NCBI RefSeq assembly: GCF_001194135.2
Contig: NC_068984.1
Span: forward strand, 123,234,278-123,280,175
Length of the DNA stretch: 45,898 bases
DNA from: Octopus bimaculoides
Lineage: Eukaryota
Direction of reading: 5' to 3'
Part shown: positions 38,176-45,898 of the stretch, one piece after another
Layout of the letters: the number at the start of each line of letters is the position of its first letter
Position numbering within the stretch: the first letter of the stretch is position 1
The notes under the pieces: generated by a model
What the model saw: the letters and a program-made list of their open reading frames with translations, nothing else
Databases searched by the model: none
Told to the model about the DNA's origin: nothing
Position numbers and translations under genes: made by a program

Positions 38176-38838
38176 CACACTAAAATACCACTGTTTTAAC
38201 AAGCCAACTAATCTTTTTCTCCACTCCATTCTCATGCTACCATACTACACTATCATTATCTTAATACTACAATTGATCTTTTTCTTCATTCCAGTCTTGT
38301 TTTACCACACTGTGCCCTCCTGGCATGTGAAAAGACATTCGAGCAAGTTCGTTGCCAGTACCGCTGGACTGGCTCTTGTGCGGGTGGCAAATAAAATACA
38401 CCATTTCGAGCGTGGCCATTGCCAGTACCGCCTGACTGGCTTTCGTGCGGGTGACACGTAAAAGCACCCACTACACTCTCTGAGTGGTTGGCGTTAGGAA
38501 GGGCATCCAGCTGTAGAAACTCTGCCAAATTAGATTGGAGCCTGGTGTTGCCATCCGGTTTCACTCAGTCATGCTAGCATGGAAAGCGGACGTTAAACGA
38601 TGATGATGATGATGATGATTAACACACCAGCTAAGCTTTCTGTTCCTTGTCTCTTCATTTCTACACTAAAATATCATTACCTTAACACTTCAGCTGATCT
38701 TTCTCTTCATTTATTGCTCATGATGCCACTAAATTACCAATGTCTTAAAACCACAGCTAACTTTCTTCATTCTCTCCCTCCTTGCATTGCCATACTAAAA
38801 TACCACTGCCTTAACAGTTCAGCTAATATCTTTGTCCA
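38176..38838. repeat. degenerate minisatellite of about 65 bp, about 6 units, interrupted by a SINE-like insertion
   Basis: unit starts cacact/catact..aaatacca..ttaacac..cagcta.tcttt at 38176, 38241, 38306, 38662, 38725 and 38791. Confidence 0.75.
38312..38619 (+). mobile_element. right arm plus RTE tail of the 32020-32682 element family
   Basis: collinear with about 32375-32682; (GAT)n tail. Confidence 0.85.
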
Positions 38839-38921
38839 TAACGCTAATCTAAAAAATTAACAATAAAGATTTTATTTTATTAGTACAAAGTTACAAATTT
38901 GTAGGAAAGAGACAGCCAAAT

Positions 38922-39356
38922 GACGCAGGAGTGGGTGTGTGGTAAGTAGCTTGCTTACCAACCACATGGTTCCGGGTTCATTCCCACTGTGTGGCACCTT
39001 GGGCAAGTGTCTTCTACTATAGCCTCGGGCCGACCAAAGCCTTGTGATTGGATTTGGTAGATGGAAACTGAAAGAAGCCTGTCATATATATATATATATA
39101 TATATATATANNNNNNNNNNNNNNNNNNNNNNNNNNNNATATATGTATGTATGTGTGTGTGTTTGTGTTTGTCCCCCCAACATCGCTTGACACCGATGCT
39201 GGTGTGTTTACGTCCCCATAACTTAGCGGTTCGGCAAAAGAGACCGATAGAATAAGTACTAGGCTTACAAAGAATAAGTCCTGGGGTCGATTTGGTCGAC
39301 TAAAGGCGGTGCTCCAGCATGGCCGCAGTCAAATGACTGAAACAAGTAAAAGAGTA
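38922..39356 (+). mobile_element. family B SINE, full length: tRNA-like head, CORE-like domain, internal (TA)n/(GT)n, gaaacaagtaaaagag tail
   Basis: tgtggtaag A-box-like motif, GGTTCATTCCC B box, and tggcaccttgggcaagtgtctt resembling the MIR/CORE ccttgggcaagt. Confidence 0.85.
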
Positions 39357-39366
39357 ACAGCTTGTG

Positions 39367-39402
<36 letters not shown>

Positions 39403-40640
39403 GCATGCTGAATTTCATTCAGAGTTACTGATCTCCTTTGTCGGAGTGCCTTCATTATGGTTGTGCAGCCATGTCTCAAACTACTCTAGTCAAAATTACA
39501 CAGACAGTCACATAAAAACTGCCTCACTGTCAAAAGTTGTCAGGATAGTAAGAGTAATTACAGCTGATCATAATAGATAAATAAATAATTATTGTCTCAT
39601 CTCAATTTTAACTCCATGTCTCATGTTGCCATCCATAATAACCTGTGTTATCACCAATTATCACAGTGAATTCCACAGATTTCATAAATAGAGAAATAAT
39701 CCAACATAATGTAATTATATTGTAATGTGTAATACCTTCTAATAAGTACTCCTAACTATTTCTCTTAGTAATAACTGTGTGATTTGTTTATTTGTATTTA
39801 TTTCCTAGTCAGAAGAGGAAAAAGAGTGACCATGACTCTCTTCAGAGCATCTGCAACCAGTGGGAGGGAATTAACCTTAGGCTAAAGGCTCTCTCCAAAT
39901 GATTGTACCTGTGGTTACTTAGTGGTGTTAAACTAGGAAATAGAAGTCTGCCCCACCTTTTTACAAAGCCCATATGGATCTTTTGCATTTGTTGTAAATT
40001 GAAAGTCCTATTACAATGCACTACAGAATTGATTTATACGTATACTCTCTAGTTGTATTCACCAAACCATGCTAGTCAGTTAACTTCTAGCAACAGAAGA
40101 ACTCATACAATTTACTAGAACTGGTATATTATTTATGATAAATCTGCACTGAACAAGCAAAACATAGCACCAATTGAACTTTGCACACACAAATACATGA
40201 GTGTGTATCATATGTATATGTATGTGTGTATGCATGTATATATATAATATATATATATATATCTGTGTATATGTTTGTGTGTATGTGTGTGCATGTGTGT
40301 ATGTATGTTTATATGTGTGTGAGTGTGTGTGTGTGTGTGTANNNNNNNNNNNNNNNNNNNNNNNNNNNNNNNNNNNNNNNNNNNNNNNNNNNNNNNNNNN
40401 NNNNNNNNNNNNNNNNNNNNNNNNNNNNNNNNNNNNNNNNNNNNNNNNNNNNNNNNNNNNNNNNNNNNNNNNNNNNNNNNNNNNNNNNNNNNNNNNNNNN
40501 NNNNNNNNNNNNNNNNNNNNNNNNNNNNNNNNNNNNNNNNNNNNNNNNNNNNNNNNNNNNNNNNNNNNNNNNNNNNATATATATATATATATAGGTACAA
40601 TAAGCTCTAAGAATGTACAGACTATACACTCCCTCATATA

Positions 40641-41557
40641 CTCAGGGAGATGATTAGAAGTAGTAGATAGCTTCTGTTACCTAGGGAACCAAGTTAGCAG
40701 TGGAGGAGGAAGTTCTGAAAGTGTGGTTGCTAGAATAAGAATGGGCTGGACAAAGTTCAGAGAGCTTCTGCCTTTGTTGGTAACTAAGGGCCTCTCCCAC
40801 AGAGTGAAAGGCAGATTGTATGATACCTGTGTACATACAGCTATGTTACATGGCAGTGAAACATGGACTTTGGCTACAGAAGACCTGCGAAGGCTTGAAA
40901 GAAATAAATCTAGCATGCTCCACTGGATGGGTAATGTCAATGTGGATGCACGACAGAGGGTAAATGATTTAAGAGGACGACTGGATATAAGAGGCATCAG
41001 AGGTTGTGTGCAAGAAGGAAGACTGTGCTCATTTGGTCATGTGGTGCATATGGATTAGGACAGATGTGTAAAGAAGTGCTGAGCTCTAATTGTGGAGGGA
41101 ACCTGTGGAAGGGTGGACCCAGGAAGACGTGGGGTGAAGTGGTGAGAAAGGCTCTTCGGATGTTGGGCCTCACTAAGCAAATGACAAGAGACTGGAAAAT
41201 GTGGTGGTATGCTGTACTTGAAAAGATGCGTCAAGCTAAGTAAAATGGCTGTCTTCCATACTTATAGGCTTATCCCCTCAGGTACTGGTGCCACATAAAA
41301 AGTACCCATGCTGGTGCTGCATAAATGCACCTTTATCGGTACCATGTAAACACATCCATGCCAAAGGTATGTAAAAAACACCCAGCACACTCTGTTAAGT
41401 GGTTGGTGTTAGGAAGGGCATCCAGCTGTAGAAACCATGCCAAAACAGACAATTGGATTTTGGACAGCTCCCCAGCTGGCCAGCTCCATGTCAAACTGTC
41501 CAACCCATGCCAGCATGGAAAACAGACGTTAAATGATGATGAAGAGGATGATGATGA
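40641..41557 (+). mobile_element. RTE-clade LINE 3' fragment with intact-looking 3' UTR and (GAT)n tail
   Basis: DSFCYLG..ARIRMGWTKFRELLPLL..KGRLY..MLHGSETW..FGHV..GPRKTW across ORFs 40723-41058 and 41004-41243. Confidence 0.9.
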
Positions 41558-41754
41558 TATATATATATATATATATATANNNNNNNNNNNNNNNNNNNNN
41601 NNNNNNNNNNNNNNNNNNNNNNNNNNNNNNNNNNNNNNNNNNNNNNNNNNNNNNNNNNNNNNNNNNNNNNNNNNNNNNNNNNNNNNNNNNNNNNNNNNNN
41701 NNNNNNNNNNNNNNNNNNNNNNNNNNNNNNNATATATATACATCCGAGACAGGC

Positions 41755-41889
41755 GTGGCTGCATCTCAGCCATGTGTTTTTGGGCTTAATACCATTGTGA
41801 AACACTTTGGGCAAGTGTCTTCTACTATAGCCACAGGCTGACCAAAGTCTTAGCAATAGATTTGCTAGATGGAAACTGAAGGAAGTCTG

Positions 41890-41924
<35 letters not shown>

Positions 41925-42205
41925 CATGCATGCATATATATGTATGCATTTGTATGTGTGTTTGTGTGTATTCTTGTTTTGGCATCATGTGAAGGTTGTG
42001 AACAAATATCACCATCATAGGTGATATTGTTCACTTCCAGTCTTCTGTGAAGAACATATCTGGCTATGAGAAAATATGACCTTGCTTAGAAACAGGTTTT
42101 TCGTTGGTGACAAAAACAGTGTCTGGCCGTAAAATTCTGCCTCTACAAATTCTGTCTGATCCATGCAAGCACGTGAAAGTGGACATTGGAATGATGATCA
42201 TGAGT
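41755..42205 (+). mobile_element. family B variant with an RTE-type tail
   Basis: tttgggcaagtgtcttctactatagcc head; (GT)n; ccgtaaaattctgcc..gtggacattggaatgatgat tail; collinear with 12232-12592. Confidence 0.7.
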
Positions 42206-42239
42206 GATTCTTTCTCCTTGAGTGAAAGATGGATTGTTT

Positions 42240-42620
42240 GATGTATGTTTATAAACTTCAATGCTGCATGATACGGAATGAAGTGTGGTCACTGAATGCA
42301 GAAGACCGAAGATGCATGATGGTTGGAAAGAAATTAGGTGAACAGATTCCCTGGATGTGCTATGTTACAGTCTATGAATGATGAAGCATAGAAGAACTGA
42401 GAGAAAAATTAGATATAAGTGGAATCTATTGTAGTATGCTAGAGTGACAGTTATGCTTGTATGGACATGTAATGCCTTTAGATGATGATCGGTGAAAAAC
42501 TGCCAGGAGAATAATGTGAAGAATCCAGTGGAAGAAGACCAAGGAAGACATTGGCAGAAATGATGAAGGCTGCTTTCAAGAGGCTGAACCTCACAAAGAT
42601 GATGGAGTAGTGCAGCTGTC
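42240..42620 (+). mobile_element. older RTE 3' fragment
   Basis: decayed version of 40840-41240. Confidence 0.55.
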
Positions 42621-45600
42621 TTCTTTTACCAAAATGTTAGGTCAGATCTAAGGAACACCCATCTGTTTCTTTAACAGACCTATTTCAAGCTGCCTTCCAT
42701 CTTTGTTTCATTTTTCATCTATGTTCTCTCTTTATCTGAAATTTCATATGTAAACCTCTTGTTAGACACCCTCCACCCCACATCATTACTATCATGAACT
42801 GCCTCTAACCTCTGACTCATCCTCAAACTATGTTCCTTTTGTAAGGTAAACCTCTTCCGCCATTATCATCATCACACTCTGCCCCTAAACTTGACTTTAA
42901 ACTATGCTCTTTCTATCTCTCTGTTATACTGTAATTACGACTCCCTCTGATTCTCTCTCTTCCGCATTCTATATCCTCCATCATCCATCATACTTAACTT
43001 TTACTCACATCTTTATTATTGTCTCAATTAATCACCAAATTGTCTCCTCTCTCATATTCACTTCCTGCTCATGACTTCTGAGTTATTTGAATCTGTATTC
43101 TACCAGTCCAGAACAGCAACCACGGGGCAACTACCTCTGGAGTTTACCCCATCTAAATAATTTGCAATAATCATATACAAAATTGTATCCAAAATTTCTT
43201 GACATTTGTAGTTATTCATAATTCTTTTATTGCAATGACGATGTCCATCTCAGTCAAGCACTGAATTGTATCCTTTACAATATCCAAAATCTTAGTCTTA
43301 CAGTCCTTAGTTCAAATCTCACCTGACTCAATTTAACTGTTCATCATTTAAGGGGTTTAGATGGATCCTTTTCAGAAAATTTCTATTATAGAGTCTTATT
43401 TTATTTAGTACTCAGTAGCTATGAGTAACATCAATAATTTTAGTATTTGAAGGCAAGACAAATATATAATAAATATGCAAATAATTTGACTTATCCAAGT
43501 TTGAAAGGTAGTACATACAACAAGCAATATACCTATCCTAGGGTCATATCATAACGGCAATCTTATGGTTTCAGTTGATGTCCTCTTAGTTAGTATTTCA
43601 GTATACTTCTAGAATAAAGTATTTGTTTGAAGAAAACCAATTGGCTCAATACTTCAAAGCTGTCATCGTTTTGGCAAACAGCTGTTGTTAGTAACTCTAA
43701 ACCTCTCTTAAGTAGGATTTTCTTCACACTACTTAAGTGTTTCACTAGCATTTTTCACTTGATTCAACTAAGCTTAAAATGCAAGTACTTATGCTTTAAC
43801 TTTTGTTGTTTTAGCTTTCAGTTTGGTTTCTGTTATACATGCCTTAAACTCTATACCTTCTCGTGTTAATGAGACTGTAAAAGACAGGAGGCGGGATTTT
43901 CAGGATAACTTGATCTGCTTAATATGTCAGTTTAAATTTTCTGCAGTATTATGACATACCATCATAAAATTAGACTACATGTTTTTTAAGACCTATATTT
44001 TAAGACAACATGTTGACAATAAAGACAAGATGATGATAACTACATGCGCTAGGCAAATGTTTTGTTTGATTGGTTAACTACTCAAGAGCTGACTGGGTGT
44101 ATACAAGACCAGTAGCTGCTTAGGAGAGTTGAGATAACACTCCTGACACTGGTTGGGTATCCCTAGGCTGATAATATTTATGTGGTTTTTGTTCAGCTTG
44201 ACCTTCTGTTGAATGATGCCTCAAGGGATAAAACAAGAAAAGATGATATTAAGAAGAGCTGCAGCTCTGATAGAGGAATGATTAGAAAAAGTAATTAGTG
44301 TGATATTTATGGTAAAACGCAGTAGGACTGATGATCAAAGATGGAGCTAGGTTAATCAGCATGTAAACTTTGGTGAAGCAGAGGTTGTTGTTGTTAATGG
44401 TAGTGGTGGAAAAGACAAAGAGAAGATACATATAACACATTTAGGAATCAGTGGTTATTGAATTGATGAATGATTGTCAAGCTGCCAAATGGCCTTTTAT
44501 TTTTTTGAGATTTGGTCCAAGATACTTGTGTGTTTGTGTGTGTGTGTGTGTGTGTGTACATGTGCATGCATGTGTTTGTGTTACATTAGTGTCATCTCAT
44601 AAGGAGTGAGCAGTACTCCAGTGTAAGTGGCGAATGTAGTTTATATAAGGTCAGCAACTGACACTTTATTTTATGTTTCCCAAAGAAGAAGTCTGGACTT
44701 TGGAATGTAGATCTGACAATATTATAGATATGTGGCTGACACAAGAGATATTCACATAGTGTTAGGCTTAGGATTTCTCGAAACTTTTAAGACATTAGCT
44801 GTATGTTATTTATCTGCAAACAGGATGTTTCCTTGACAAATGTAGCAATTATATTCTTGTACTGTTGAAGGTGACTAAATTGTCATGGCCTCATTGAACA
44901 ATATTCCAGGGTCTCTGTAGTACTTTTCTTTTTATGGTGTGTCAGTGTTGTGTGAACCTGTGTGCAAAAGGTTATGGTTGAGTGAAGAGTGCTTTTGGCT
45001 GCCTAGGTGTGAAAATAAATATGTCAATAATGTAAAGAAGGAAGAATGTGGGAGACATAAATAAAGTTTAGGGTACATCAGAGTTGAAAGACTGTAGTGC
45101 AGAGAGCTCTGCATTAAATATCACTTGATCGTTATCAAGGTCACTTTATTATTTTCCATGTAAGTGGTATCTCTGCCTTATTTATTATCTAAACAGCTTC
45201 AGTTTTCTACATCAACTAGTGTATACAAATTGTAATCTTGTGTATATGTTAATATTTTTGCTATTTTGGCTAGTGCAGTGAAGTTTATGCTTTACTGAAG
45301 AGGCTGTATTAAGAGTGAAACATGTTTGAAGTTGTCTCTAAATGTGACAAAAAATAGTCAAGATAATTTTTGTCAGAGACTAATATTGTTTTTTACCTAC
45401 TGCATAATTATTTCTACTTACTTTTTTAATGCTTCCTGAATTTAATAATGTTAATACTTAGTACTTTATAGAAATTTGACTGCAAGCAATATTTCTTACA
45501 TCTACCATTGACAAATTAACTGAACTGTGATACTTGATTGTTTAGAAGATACTATTAATGTTAAGGTGGTTAGTATGCAGAGAGAAAGAGAGAGAAAAAA

Positions 45601-45792
45601 ATATAATCTGTTATCTCTTTCATCCACAAGAGTGGATACATGCCAGCCTGGTATAACTGTGGGGGAGACAGTAAATGACTTGAATCTTTCTCCTTGCCTC
45701 CAGATGCAGTTTCTTCATAGTGAAGTACTATAATATCAGAGTGTACTCTCAACCATTTCAAATAATTGTCAATATGCTAGTATTTATTGAAT

Positions 45793-45898
45793 CAGTGAGC
45801 TGACCGATTTATTAGCATGGCAGGCAAAAAGCTTGGCGGCATTTTGTCCATCTTTACATTCATCATCATCATCATCATCGTTTAACGTCCGCTTTCCA
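45793..45898. mobile_element. family A head interrupted by a reverse family C tail (nested insertion), cut by the window end
   Basis: cagtgagctgacc..ttagcatg..ctttacatt directly joined to (CAT)n-cgtttaacgtccgctttcca. Confidence 0.7.

Noticed and set aside
462-45761. ORF-track entries as novel proteins (poly-I, poly-HT, poly-ER, poly-P, N-spanning)
   Set aside because: they are translations of microsatellites, gaps or decayed retroelements; none shows gene-like structure
38148-45898. final TTC7 exon
   Set aside because: no phase-2 exon resembling LG.VL...G....A.ECF..ALELE was found by eye; presumed downstream of the window

Overview
AT-rich eukaryotic intron-dominated DNA from a gapped draft assembly (10 N-gaps, most flanked by microsatellites). 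The repeat repertoire looks like a coleoid cephalopod, probably Octopus (inference). The ORF track misses the real gene. Six short + strand exons (281-397, 1474-1574, 16189-16332, 25690-25787, 34521-34625, 38056-38147) splice in frame with GT-AG sites and matching phases. They give a C-terminal TPR region I recognise as TTC7, the scaffold of the PI4KIIIalpha complex; the final exon was not found and probably lies beyond the window. The introns hold decayed retroelements (RTE, R4/Dong-type RLE, Penelope, Tx1-like), several SINE-like families, hAT and mariner MITEs, and many microsatellites. I find no convincing new protein-coding system. The most interesting structure is in the repeats: (1) (ATT)n tracts of one polarity that collect antisense R4/Dong 3' ends and head-to-tail SINE arrays; (2) a long self-complementary subrepeat element ending in an RTE tail; (3) modular SINEs that swap tails; (4) a perfect 98-bp inverted repeat around a gap. 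Family assignments are by eye and from memory, not from database searches.
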